Source: Heterodontus francisci (taxonomy: Eukaryota). From it: 64,000 nucleotides of DNA. The notes under the pieces were generated by a model. It made no database searches. It had not been told where the DNA came from and saw only the letters and a program-made list of their open reading frames with translations. The stretch covers positions 136,644,737-136,708,736 of the forward strand of contig NC_090371.1 of the NCBI RefSeq assembly GCF_036365525.1, written 5' to 3'. Made by a program: the position numbers and the translations under genes. Positions 24,845 to 36,995 of this stretch are shown here, in pieces; position 1 is the stretch's first letter; each line of letters starts with the position of its first letter.

Positions 24845-26382
24845 TCCCCTCTGCACCCTTGCTAGGGCCTTGACATCCTTTCTAAAGTGTGGTGCACTGA
24901 ATTGGACACAATACTCCAGCTGAGGTTGATGTTTTATTTTGGGTGGGCCAGTATTTTATAAATGTTTAGTTTAGCATCCTTGGTTTGTATTCTGTGCCAC
25001 TATTATAAAACGAGTGATCCCATATGCCCTTTTAACTGATTTCTCATCTTATCTTGCCACCGTCAACAACGACGACAACAATAACAACTTATATTTATAC
25101 AGCAGCTTTAATGTAATAAAATTTCCCAGGGGGTTTCACAGAAGCATTATAAAATGAAGTATGACATCGAGCCACAAAAGAGGAATTAGGTCAGATGACC
25201 AAAAGCTTGGTCAAAGAGGTAGGTTTTAAGGAGTGTCTTAAAGGAAGAAAGCGAAGTAGAGTAGAGATGTAGGGAGGGTATTCCACAACTTGAGGCCTAG
25301 GCAACTGAAGGCGCTGCCACCAGTGATGGATTGATTTCAATCAGGGGTGCACAAGAGGTCAGAATAGAGGGGTGCAGATATTTGGGAGGGTTATGGGGCT
25401 GGAGAAGATTACAGAAATAGGGAAGGAGCGAGGTCATGGAGAGGTTTGAAAACAAGGATGATAATTTTAAAATCAAGACACTGCTTCACCAGGAGGCAAT
25501 GTAGGTCAGCGAGCACAGGAGTGATAGGGCAACGGGACTTGTTGTGAGTTAAGACAAGGACAGTAGGGTTTTGGATGACCTAAAGTTTACAGAGAGTAGA
25601 ATTTGGGAGACCAACCAGGAGTGCATTGGCATAGTCAAGTCTAGAGGTTACAAAGGCATGAATGAGGGTTTCAGCAACAGATGTGCTGAAATGGAGCAAA
25701 GTCAGGTAATGTTACAGAGGTGGAAACAGGCAGTCTTAGTGATGGCATAAATATGAGATCGGAAGCTCATCTTGGGATCAAATGTGGCACCATGTTTGTG
25801 AACAGACTGGCTTAATCTCAGACTGTTGCCAGGGAGAGGGATGAAGTCGGTAGGTAGGGAATGGAGTTTGGAATGGGGACTGAAAACAATAGCTTCAGTC
25901 TTCCCAATATTTAATTGGAGGAAATTTCTGCTCATCCAGTACTGGATGTCGGATAAGCAGTCTGATAATTTAGCAACAGTGGAGGAGTTGAGAGAAGTGG
26001 TGGTCAGGTAGAGCTGAGTGTCGTCAGCATATGTGTGAAAAATAATGCTGTGCTTTCGAATGATGTCCCTAAGGGGGCAACATGGAGATGAGAAATAGGA
26101 GGGAGCCAAGGATAGATTCTTGGGGGATTCCAGAGGTAATGGTGCAGGAGCAGGAATAGAAGCCATTGCAAGTGATTCTCTGGCTGTGATTAGATAGATA
26201 AGAATGGAACCAGGTGAGAGTAATCCCACCCAGCTGGATGACAATGGAGAGGAGTTGGAAGAGAATGGTGTTATCAACAATGTCAAAGGCTGCAGACAGG
26301 TTGAGGAGGGAAAGTTTACCTTTGTCACAGTCACATAGGATGCCATTTGTGACTTTGATCAGAGCTGTTTCGGTACTGTGGC

Positions 26383-27395
26383 CAGGGGTCGACAAATGGA
26401 CACCAGTGTCCGTGGTAAAAGATTTTGACGTCCAAGACTGGTAAATTCAGGGATGAGAAATTTCCCATTGGCTTCTTCACATTGGCTTTTTAAAAATCGC
26501 AAGTGTCTATTTCACAGCTGACAGACGCTGAGAGAGGGAACAGCGCTTCTGAACTTCGGACAGATTCGGGGTTTTCCGGTGGGTTCTGATTTCTTTTTTA
26601 AAAAGCCACCGGAAAACCTTGAATCTGTCTGAAGTGGGGAAACCGCTTTTCCCACTCCCATTAACGGTCAGAGGGAGAGAGAGAATGGGGGGGGGGAAGG
26701 AGAGAGAGAAATGGGAGAGAGAGAGAGAGAGAGGAGAAGTGAGAGAGGGGGAGGGAGAGGGGGAGGCAGAGAGAGAGAGGGGAGATAGAGGGGGAGGGAG
26801 AGAGAGAGGGGGAGAGAGAGAAGGGGGGCAGAGATAGCGGGGGAGAGAGCATGGGGAGAGGGGGGTGAAGAGAGAAGGGGGGCAGAGATAGCAGGGGAGA
26901 GAGAGCGGGGGAGAGAGTGGGGGGAGAGAGGGGGAGGGAGAGAGAGAGGGGAGAGAGAGAAGGGGGCAGAGATAGCAGGGGAGAGAGAGCAGGGGAGGGG
27001 GGGGGTGAGAGAGAGAGGGAGGAGAGGGGTGGACACAGAGGAGAGAGAGAGGGGTGAAAGATGGACACAGAGAGGGGATACGGATTGACACAGAGAGGGA
27101 GAAAGTGAGCGAGAGGGGAGAGAAAAAGATCAAGATCACTCCTGACGGATGGACATCTATCCGTATTCTCCACATTGCTACATCAAGTATGTGGGCAGAC
27201 ATTGTCTACTTGTGCAAGCAAAAACAATGCCAGGTATCTCACTAAATAGGGAGAAATGCATTTTAAATTGGACTGTGTTTTGATGACATTAGGTGGGCTA
27301 TACACTTTAAATACAGATTAACTGCCTCCACGTCTGTGACTGATTCAATAATTGTGTCAAATGCCTGTGGTGCAACATGTTGGTGCTTATCCTTG
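26383..27395. mobile_element. hAT-like non-autonomous element containing an expanded GA-rich repeat
   Basis: Perfect 8-bp TSD actgtggc (26375-26382, 27396-27403); left end CAGGGGTCGACAAA, right end a degenerate inverted match. Confidence 0.65.
26670..27125. repeat. Polypurine (GA/G-run) low-complexity tandem array
   Basis: Almost pure purine on +; recurring unit gagagaagggggcagagatagc(a/g)ggggagagag about three times. Confidence 0.9.
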
Positions 27396-27939
27396 ACTGT
27401 GGCAGGGGTGGAAACCTGATTGGAGGAATTCAAACATGGAGTTTCGGGAAAGATGGGAATGGATTTGGAAGGCAAGAACACATTCAAGGACTTTAAAGAG
27501 GAAAGGGAGGTTGTAGATGGAACAATAGTTTGTCGGTCAAAGGTTTGTTTTCTGAGGAAAGGGGTGATGATGGCAGATTTAAAGGAGAGAGGGATAACAC
27601 CTGAAGAGAGAGTACCATTTATAATAGCGGCTAACATGGGGTTCAGGAAGGGAAGTTGGGTGATCAGTGGTTTCGTGGGAATAGGATTGAGGGAGCAGGA
27701 AGTGAGTCTCAAGGACAAGATGAACTCAGAGAGAAAATGAGAGGAGATAGGAAAGAAACTAAAGGAAGATACGAGTTTAGGACTAGGGCAGGGGGAAACA
27801 TTATCGGCAGTTTGACCTGGTGTGCTAGTGGAAGGGAGGGACACAGCAGAGGCAGCTGATCGGATGGTTTTGATCTTAGTGAGAAACACTTGTATACATG
27901 CACTCAGGCGTCTCTGTTCCTGTACCCATTCAAAATTGT

Positions 27940-29260
27940 ACCATTTATTTTATAATGCCTCTCCTCAGTCTTCCTACCAAATTAATCATTTTACACTTCT
28001 CTGCATGAAATTTCATCTGCCATGTGACTACCCATTTCACCAGTCTGTTTTTGATCTCTTGGAGACTGTTACTACTGTTTAATACATTTCCAAGTTTCAT
28101 GCCATCTGCAGACTTTGAAATTATGCCCTGTATGCCAAAGTCCAGGCCATTAATATATCTCAAAAAGAGGAGTGGTCCCAACACCAATCCCTGGGGGACA
28201 CCACTGCACACTTCCCTCCATATAAACAATTATTTATTGCCACTTTCCAATGACTGTCCCTTACCCTATTGCATATCCACAAAGCCATTGTCCCTTTAAT
28301 CCTATCTGCTTCAATTTTACTAACAAGTCCATTATGTGGCACTTTATCAAATAACTTTTGAAAGTCCATATACACATCAACCGAACTACCCTTACCAACC
28401 CTTATCATCAATTAATCAATTAATCATCATTACTTCATCAATTATGTTAGTCAAACATGATTTGCCTGAAACAAACCCATGCTGGTTTATATTTATTAAT
28501 CCATATTTTTCCAAATGGCAATTAATTTTGTTCTGGATTATTGTCTCTCCCCACCACCAGCATTACACTGGCTGGCCTGAGGTTGCCAGATTTTTCCCTC
28601 TCACTTCCTTTGATCAGGGATATAGCATTTGCAGTTGTCCAGTACTCTGGCCATATCTAAGAAGGATTGGAAGATTGGAAGATTGGCAGAGCTTCGGCAA
28701 TTGTCATCCTTATTTCACTCAGGAACCTAAGATTCATCCGATCCAGACTGGGCAACTTTTCTACTTTGAGTGTTGCCAACCTTTTAAGTGCCTCCTCTAT
28801 CTATTTTTATCCTATCCAATTTCTCTACTACCTGCTCTACTGTGATATTGACAACATCCTCCTCTTCAGTGAAGACAGATGCAAAATACTCATTTACCAT
28901 CCCCGGCCTGAACTGTGCCTCCACAAGAAGATTTCATTTTGGGCCCAAATTGGCCCATCCTTTCCTCGACTACACTTTTACTATATATATGTTCATAAAT
29001 GATTTCTCGGTTCCCTTTTATGTTACCTGCTATCTAATCTCAAACACTCTTTTTGTCCTTTATTTCCTTTCTATATTCTCTTCTTATGGATTTTTCTTCG
29101 TCCTCTACTGAATTAAGAACCTGACATTTAGCATAACGCTACTTTCTCTGTTTCATTTTAATCTCTATATCTTTAGACCAGTGAGCACGAATTTTAGTTG
29201 CCCTTCCTTTCCATCTAGTGGGAATGTGTCTATTCTGTAGCTGAAATATCTCCTCTTTGA
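27940..29260 (-). mobile_element. Old CR1 LINE RT remnant
   Basis: YMDFQKLFDKVPH, SGVPQGLVLGPLLF and WQMKFHAEKCK in minus-strand ORFs. Confidence 0.85.
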
Positions 29261-29264
29261 AGAG

Positions 29265-30445
29265 CAACAACTTGCATTTATATAGCACCTTTAATGTAAT
29301 AAAATGTCCCAAGGTACTTCACAGGCGTATTATAAAACAAATATGACTGAACCACATAAAGAGATATTAGGGAAGATGACAAATAGCTTGGTTAAAGAGC
29401 ATCTCCAAGTAGGAAAGAGAGGTAGAAGGTGGAAAGGTTTAGGGAGGGAATACCATAGCTTAGGACCTAAGCAGTTGAAGGCACAGCCATCAATGGTGGA
29501 CTGATTAAAATCGGGGATGCTCAAGAGGCCAGAATTAGAGGAGTGCAAATATCTCAGGGGTGAGGGGTTGGGGGGGAGTTGTAGGAGATTACAGAAAAAG
29601 GGAGGGGCAAGGCCATGGAGGGATTTGAAAACAAGGATGAGGATTTTAAAATCAAGGTGTTGCTTAACTGGGAGCCAGTGTAGGTCAGTCCCCAACAGGG
29701 ATAATGTGTGAATGGCACTTGGTGTGAGTAAGGACACAGGCAACAGAGTTTTGGATGACCTCAAATTTAAAGTGGGAAGAATGTGGGAAGCTGACAGGAC
29801 TGCGTTGAACTAGTCAAGTCTAGAGGTAACAAAGGCTTTCAGCAGCAGATGAGCAGAAGCAGGGGCAGAGTCAGGTGGTGTTACAGAGGTGGAAATAAGC
29901 AGTCTTTGTGATAGCAAGGATATGGGATCATCTGCTAATTTTGGGGTTTGCACCAAGGTTGCGAACAGTCTAGTTCAACCTCAGACATATGCCAGGGAGA
30001 GAGTTGGGGTTGATCTCTAGGGAATGGAGTTTGCAGTGAGGTCTGAAGACAATGGCTTTAATCTTCCCAATATTTAATTGGAGGAAGTTTCTGCTCATTC
30101 AGTACTGGATGACATACAAGTAGTCTGATAATTTAGAGACAGTGGAGGAGTTGAGAGAGGTTGTGGTGAGGTAGATCTGGGTATTGTCAGTATACTTGTG
30201 AAAACTGATGCTGTGTTTTCAGATGATCTCGCCATGGAACAGCATGTAGATGAGAAATAGGAGGGGGCCAAAGATAGATCCTTGGCGGACACCAGAGGCA
30301 ATAGTATGGGAGTGGGAAAAGAAGCCATGGTAGGTGATTCTCTGGTTACGATTAGATAGATAAGAAAGGAACCAGGTGAGTACCATCCCACCTTGTTAGA
30401 TGACTCTGGAGAGGCATTGGAGGAGGATGGTGTGAAATCTGCTGT
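29265..30445 (-). mobile_element. L2 LINE 3' fragment
   Basis: DLHWLPVKQHLDFKILILVFKSLHGLAP and AFNCLGPKLWYSLP; aacttgcatttatatagc tail. Confidence 0.88.
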
Positions 30446-30449
30446 CCTT

Positions 30450-31697
30450 ATCTGGTTTGGATTAGGCTGTGCAGCACTTGTCATGCCCGCCATGCATGAT
30501 GTGGGTCTCCAGAAGTGAACTGTATGTCAATGGAAGACAATATTCACTCTCTTGCACAGAGACTCCAGTCTCTCCATCTGATATGGAGCAGCCGTTCTGT
30601 GTCCCCGCCAATGCTAATGCCTCTTTCTCTGCTGTGCTGAGAGGCCGTAGATCTGGGATGCTCCACCAGCCCAGGCTGTCTCCCTGCTCTTATGAGCCCT
30701 CTTGTCCTGCAAGTGGAAAGAGGGAATAGTCTTACTTTGCAGAGAGATCAACATGACAGTTCTGCTAGTGGCAGCCCCTTATCCCCTACTGGGGTATCCT
30801 ATACAGCTCATGCTCCCGTGCGCTCTCAGGGGAGTTAATGTGAGTTGTTGAAGAGGGTTTCCTGTGGCTGAGATGCATCTATCAGGATGAGGTGATGCTT
30901 AACCCCCTCTGCCATCGCTGGTGTAATGCCTCCCTCCTCATGTCCCACCCTCCTGCGTAGCCACTTGCAATCACTAAAAAGGAGAGAGGTGTGGAGCAGT
31001 CACCTTGGCAAAACAAAAGAGTTTGTTGAGCCTCTTGTGGCACTGGACCCATGTCGAGGGTGTGACCCCATGGCTGCTGACCTCTATTGCGATCTCCATC
31101 CAAGCTTGCATTCTCAGGCGGGAGGACCTCTTCTTGCCATCACTGGGGAAGAGGACCTTCCACCTTTCCCTTGCAGCCTGGAGGAGAATCTGGAAGGAGG
31201 TATCACTAAACTGTAGGACACCCTGTGTCTTGCCTCTGCCATCCTGCGGGGTCCACCTCAGGTGGGTGGGGGGGTCCAGGAGTCACTCCAACACAGGTCT
31301 CAGTTGTGAAGAGCTAGCAGTAAATGATTCCATGGCAGAAAGGCAGGCAGTGCTGGCAGGGCTGGCAGGGCTTTAAATATGGCTACAACAAGGGAAAGGT
31401 CCTCTTCCCCAGCAATGGCAAAAAGAGGTCCTCCTGCCTGAGCGGAGATCGCAGAGGAGGTCAGCAACTGGGGGGGTCACACCCTGGACATGGGTATAGA
31501 GCCGCAAGAGGGTCCTTCGTTCTGTCAAGGTGACTACGCCTGAGTCATCCAATGCCGTATTCGGCATCCCGCTTCCCGGCCCTGCCGTGTGATTGGCCAG
31601 GCCTCGTGCATCCATTATGCCCACATGACAAGCAGGAATGGCGCCCACTTCTGGGTCTATCACCAGGACCCATGACGGGCTCACTAAATTCAGCCTG
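30450..31697 (-). mobile_element. Harbinger-family remnant with Myb/SANT relic
   Basis: About 31020-31212 on minus: FSDTSFQILLQAARERWKVLFPSDGKKR...AWMEIAIEVSSHGVTPSTWVQCHKRLN; terminus aaattcagcc resembles the other MITE ends. Confidence 0.65.
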
Positions 31698-32259
31698 AGT
31701 CGCTTCATATGATTATTTAATCACAGCTCTTGTAAGCTTTACCCAATTTTCTCCTTTCCACTGCTCTCCTCTTTACTCTACAAACTCTTAACAGGTGACC
31801 ATTTTTTATGTGTTTGTCCAGAAATAGTTCATTGTATGCAAAGTAGTAGTAGTAATAGCAGGAGAAGTAGTAATTTTTATACTAGCTAGACTGCAATTAG
31901 CTTTGAGATTGTACATTCTTTACCGACTAATGTAAGTAAATAAAGAAGAAAGGTATGTTTTATCTTCTCCCCGGCAACTCTAAGAACATATTTTTAAATC
32001 TTAGGTGAATTTGGCAAATCTGTGAAATCTTCCCTTTACTGAATTTGAGCAGTTCTTGATTTTTTTAATTGATCGCCCCAAACTTCTTCCCTTCTCTCTT
32101 GAATGCACTGACTTATGTTAGAGCACTGGTCACCTCTGGTACCTTTGCAGTGACCATTTTTCATTTATCAACCCAGACAATGAGTGGTAGCAGTTTATTC
32201 AATTGTGGTAGGCATCACAGCAGAGCCCATTCCTCTTCTCAATGCACACGTACATAAAA

Positions 32260-33210
32260 CGACAGCTGCATTTATATAGCGACTTGAATGTAGAAAAATG
32301 TACCAAGGTGCTTCACAGAGGCAAAAGGAAAATGAATACAGACTTAAAGAGTAAATGACTAGGAAGGGTAAGCAAAGGATTGGCCCAGGAAGAGTCTTAA
32401 GGAGGGTTTTAAAGGATGAGAGGGAGGGAGAGAGGCAGAGAGATTTAGAAAGGGAATTCCAGAGCATGAGGCAAGGCCATCAGGGTTTAAGGGGAGTGTT
32501 GAATAAGGGACCAGAGTTGGAGAAATGGAGAGCTTTGTGTGTGTGTTGGAGGGTTGGGGGGGGGGGGGGGGGTGGTGGGGGAGGTGGGGGACAGGGGATG
32601 GTTGTGGAGCTGTATTGTAGGTTGAAGCGTTTGTGACCCAGTGCAAATGCAGTGTTGATGGGTAAGTGGAACTTGATGCAGGACAGCAGAGTTTTGGAAA
32701 GATTAAGTTTATAGAGGCTGGTGATGGGAGGCTTGCCAGGAATGCATTGCAGTAATCGTGTCTGGAGATATCAAAGAAATGAATGAGTTTCAATAGCAGC
32801 CAGGCTGATATAAGAAAAGTTGTAGGCAATGTTACTGAGATGTTTTGTGACAGAGAGCTATGAGATTGGAAACTCAGCCATGGTTCGAATATGATGCAGA
32901 AGTTGCAGATAGTCTGGTTCAGTGTGAGGCAGTGGCTGGGAGGGAATGGAGTCAGTGCCAAGAATGCAGGATTTGTGACAGGAGCCAAAGATGACTGGCT
33001 TCAGTCTTCCCAATGTTTACCTAGGGGAAATTATAGCTCATCCAAAACTGGATGTCAGATAGACAGGCTGAAAGCACAGGTAGTGTGGGGCAGCTGGTGG
33101 AGAGGTAGAGCTGGATGCAATCAGAGTACATGTGGAAGCTAACTCCATGTCTGTGGATGGTTACCAAAGGCAGCTTGTACATGAAGAAAAGGAAAGAACC
33201 AAGGATAAAT
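32260..33210 (-). mobile_element. Old L2 fragment
   Basis: VSQGFILGSFLF..FHMYSDCIQLY (degenerate RT) and L2-type tail. Confidence 0.7.
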
Positions 33211-34309
33211 CCCTGGGAGACTGTGGAGGTGGAGTGGGGTGGAAAGTGAAGCTTTTGTTGAAGAAACTCAATTCTGTTCTTTTTGGGCATAAATTGGGAT
33301 CAGCATTACGCAGGGGATTGAGGCAATACTCCATGCAGCCTGGGAAAGGGGCACGGAAAACTCTCTCCCCAAATGCGGCCAAGCACTGGATTTTCAGAGT
33401 TGGTGAGGTCAGCAGGTGTTGGAGACGAGTACATAGTGGCGTGTGCTCCCTCCTTCAATTTAGGTATTCTCCATCTGCTCATGCAAATACTACAAAGAAA
33501 ACTATTTATTTATGTACAAGAATGGAATCATAGTGACCAACGGATTTTTGTGGCCATTGTTATTCCATTCTGCCATAGAAATCAGTCATGCTCTTTGTTA
33601 AACATTTATTTAGGAGTTACAATTTTTCTCCTCCCATGGTTTCCAGCAGCCAGAAACTAACCCAAATAACCATTCTTCATGTGTGTGTTTGCAGACTTTT
33701 TGACTGTGCGAGGCAACAGAGCCAAGACTGATTCTGCCCACCCAGTAGGAGTCATTGGATAAGGATGGCCAATAAATGCAGCTTTTCCAATATTGTCACA
33801 TCCTGAGAACAAATATTTTAAATAAGATACCAGGAGTTGCTGGGTGATGTTTTTCCCTTTCGCAGTTTAGAGAACATGGGGCTCTTAGTGCTAGTCCACT
33901 TTTAACCATAGAAAAGTTCTGTCAGAACACAGATGGCATGCATGCTGTCATAAAGATTTCTGAGCAGGAAATATTAATATTAAAGCAGTTCTTGGGAATT
34001 TCCTTAGGGGTTCTCACAATAAACCACTGTAACTTGAGCAGGTGTCCCAGATAAATGTGCAAATGTGGTTTCCACCATTCTCCTGCCGAAGTTACAATAT
34101 ACCACCAGGAGAAGCCAGGAGCACTTAGCTTTCCACACACTCATTTTGTCCACAATGCCTATCATTTGCATCCTTAATTTCATTCTTTTTCAGCTCCAAA
34201 CCACTCAACTTAATTTCCTCAGCCCCATGCTTGCAAACATTACCAACAATTTTTTGTTGTTTGACATTGGTGCTTGTACTTGACAAAACCAATGGAATAC
34301 TTTTAGGAA

Positions 34310-34985
34310 ATAACAGATATGGTAGATACAGTGTGCCTGGTCTTTAGGAAAGTCTTTGACAAGGTACCACATAGCAGACTACCAGAAAAGATTAAGTGTT
34401 CTGGTATTTGGGAAATGATAGCAAACTGGGATAGAAATTGGTTAGCAGGGAAAAAAGAGTAAGAGTTAAAGGCAGTTGTTCAGAGTGGTTGAAAGTGAGT
34501 AGTGGCGTCCCACAGGTTTCAGTTGTGAGATCACATTTGTTCGCTATATATCCATGATTTGGATATAGGCTGAGCAAGGGTGCGGTTGAAATTTGAAGGT
34601 TGTATCAAAATAGGAGGTATAGTTAATTCTTTATAAGATCAAAAGAAGCTGGAAAGGGATATTGATCATTTGGGGAATGGGCTAAAATGTGGCAGGTAGA
34701 ATTCAAGTCAGTAAGTGTGGAGTTGCATTTTGGTATGAAGAAATACTCTAAATGGAAGTAGGCTCAATACTGTAGAAGAGCAGAAGAAATTAGATTAGTG
34801 ATTGACATAAAAACTATGTTCAAGATTAGATTGGGCCGGTGGATGCAGGAAAAGGGAGTGAAGGTACATGGGAATGAGAGAGTGAACATGATTAGGACAG
34901 TTTGCTCACTTGAAGGGTAAACACCGGTACGGGCTGGTGGAGCCAAATGGCCTGTTACTGTATTGTAACTTCCATGTAACTGTGT
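34310..34985 (+). mobile_element. Old CR1 RT/3' remnant
   Basis: tttgacaaggtaccacat (FDKVPH), agtggcgtcccacagg (SGVPQ) and tail ccaaatggcctgttactgtattgta. Confidence 0.7.
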
Positions 34986-35229
34986 TTCAAGGTATTGCAT
35001 TTTTCTTGATAGAAAGATGTACTGATATTACTAATTATTTAAAAGCTGAGAAACTTAGATGAAGAGCTAAGAGCTATATGTGTGTCCAAGAGACGACTAA
35101 TACTCCCCTACTCTGCAAGAAACCTACACAACTCTCTATTCTTTCCAACTATTGTTTTTATCTTCCTTTCCTTTCCTTTTGAAATTCTTGAATGTGTTGC
35201 TGCTTTGCAATTTTGATCCCACCTCTGCC

Positions 35230-35670
35230 ATCACTCTGATCAATACCTTTTAATCTGGCTACAATCCAAAAATGGCACCCCGTACTATGATTGCCCTCAT
35301 CTTCTTTGACTTCTCTTCCGCTTTCCATGCCATTGACCACTCCATCTTCCTTCAATTTCAATCCTTGCAGTTCATTTCAAGGACATAGTTCTTCTCATAT
35401 CTTTTGCAATGCACATAGCTTTTTCTCCACTGTTTGCATGACCAACTTTTGTGCAGCACAAGGATTAGGGTTAGGGTCTGTCCCCAGTATCCTCTTCTTC
35501 ACTGTCTGTATGCTGTCTTATGGAAATATAATCTGGAATCATGGGATAAGCTTCTCCATGTATAGTGAACTCATCCATTTCTACCTTTCTAACTCTTCCA
35601 TTACTCCAAAGGGCATTGCTACACTCTTCGACTGTCTGCCTGATGTCAAGACTCAGATGAGCCACTCACA
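35230..35670 (+). mobile_element. Very old L2 RT fragment
   Basis: Degenerate DLSAAFD-, QGSVLGP- and CLPDVKTQMS-like segments. Confidence 0.45.
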
Positions 35671-36321
35671 AATTGGCAAAGGGTCAAGCAGATCAGAGAC
35701 TTAAGACAGTAAGGGGTTTTAGTCCATTGGGCACTGGCACCAGTACTGGGGAAAGAGGGAAGTGTTCCATTGGGTTGAGACCAGTGTCCTGCCAATTCAA
35801 AAATTAGGGCTGTATATAGGGCTATAAATTAAAAACAGGAGGGAGGGTTTCAGGTGAGAGGAAATTTAGAAATCTAAAGAGAAAAGTCAAGGTGATAAAG
35901 TAGTGTAGTGATTTGGGTAATGATAAGCAGATGTGGCAGGAAGGGACAGTGAGTTTAACAGTAATAATATAGCAGTAAATAAGGTCAAAACAGGGAATAA
36001 TGGTAAAAAAATTAAAACTAAAGGCTCTTTACCTGAATACACAAAGCATTTGTAATGAGATAGATGAACCAGAGGCACAAATAAAAATAAATGGTTTTGA
36101 TCTAATAGCCATTACAGGCTCATGAGGCTGGATGGTGTGTAGGAGGTGGGGCTCCTGGCGCCAGGCTGAAAAGGCAGGGTAACCCCACCTCTGCTTTTTC
36201 GCGGGACCCTGGAGCGATCCTCCGATGTTTTTCAATTAAAGATTGGCAAGCTGGGATCCCTGTCCCTTTAAAGACAGGGATCCCGTCTCCAGGAGCTGCT
36301 GGCCAATCAGAGGGCCGGCAG

Positions 36322-36995
36322 TAAAGCCTAGCTCGGGTATAAAATTAAAACCCAACCACAGCCAACCCGAACCCGACCCTATCCGAGCCCGAATGCTGGA
36401 CATAGAATAAAGACTGGACCGGACCTGAACCCAACACACGTCATAGAGTCATAGAGTTATACAGCACAGAAACAGGCCCTTTGGGCCATCATGTCTGTGC
36501 CAGCCATCAAGCACCTGCCTATTCTAATCCCGTTTTCCAGCACTTAGCCCGTAGCCTTGTATGCTATGGTGTTTCAAGTGCTCATCTAAATACTTCTTAA
36601 ATGTTATGAGGGTTCCTGCCTCTACCACCTCTTCAGGCAGTGCGTTCCAGATTCCAACCACCCTCTGGGTGAAAAAGTTTTTCCTCAAATCCCCTCTAAA
36701 CCTCCTGCCCCTTACCTTAAATCTAGACCCCCTGGTTATTGACCCCTCCACTAAGGGAAAAAGTTTCTTCCTATCTAACCTATCAATGCCCCTCATAATT
36801 TTGTATACCTCAGTCATATCTCCCCTCAGCCTTCTTTGCTCTAAGGAAAACAACCCTAGCCTTTTCAGTCACTCTTCATAGCTGAAATTCTCCAGCCCAG
36901 GCAACATCCTGGTGAATCTCCTCTGCACCCTCTCCAGTGCAATCACAACCTTGTAGTCGGGTTTGGTCGGGTTCGGGTCGGGTAGCCAGGCTTTA
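36322..36995. mobile_element. hAT-type MITE with cccga subterminal repeats
   Basis: TIR TAAAGCCTAGCT / AGCCAGGCTTTA; 8-bp TSD gccggcag / gccagcaa (6 of 8); aacccga repeats on the left and tcgggtt repeats on the right. Confidence 0.72.
36442..36950 (-). mobile_element. Young CR1 (HER1-like) 3' end
   Basis: Near-identical to 15020-15510; ORF 36524-36853. Confidence 0.92.

Larger units (their letters stand above)
25070..27885 (-). mobile_element. L2 LINE ORF2 remnant, split by an insertion at 26383-27395
   Basis: RT motifs HSTETALIKV, LSAAFD, GIPQESILG, YADDTQLY; sequence resumes colinearly across the insertion. Confidence 0.9.

Noticed and set aside
26507-27202. Long Pro/Ser/Leu-rich and Glu/Arg/Gly-rich ORFs
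   Set aside because: Artefacts of the GA-rich low-complexity tract.
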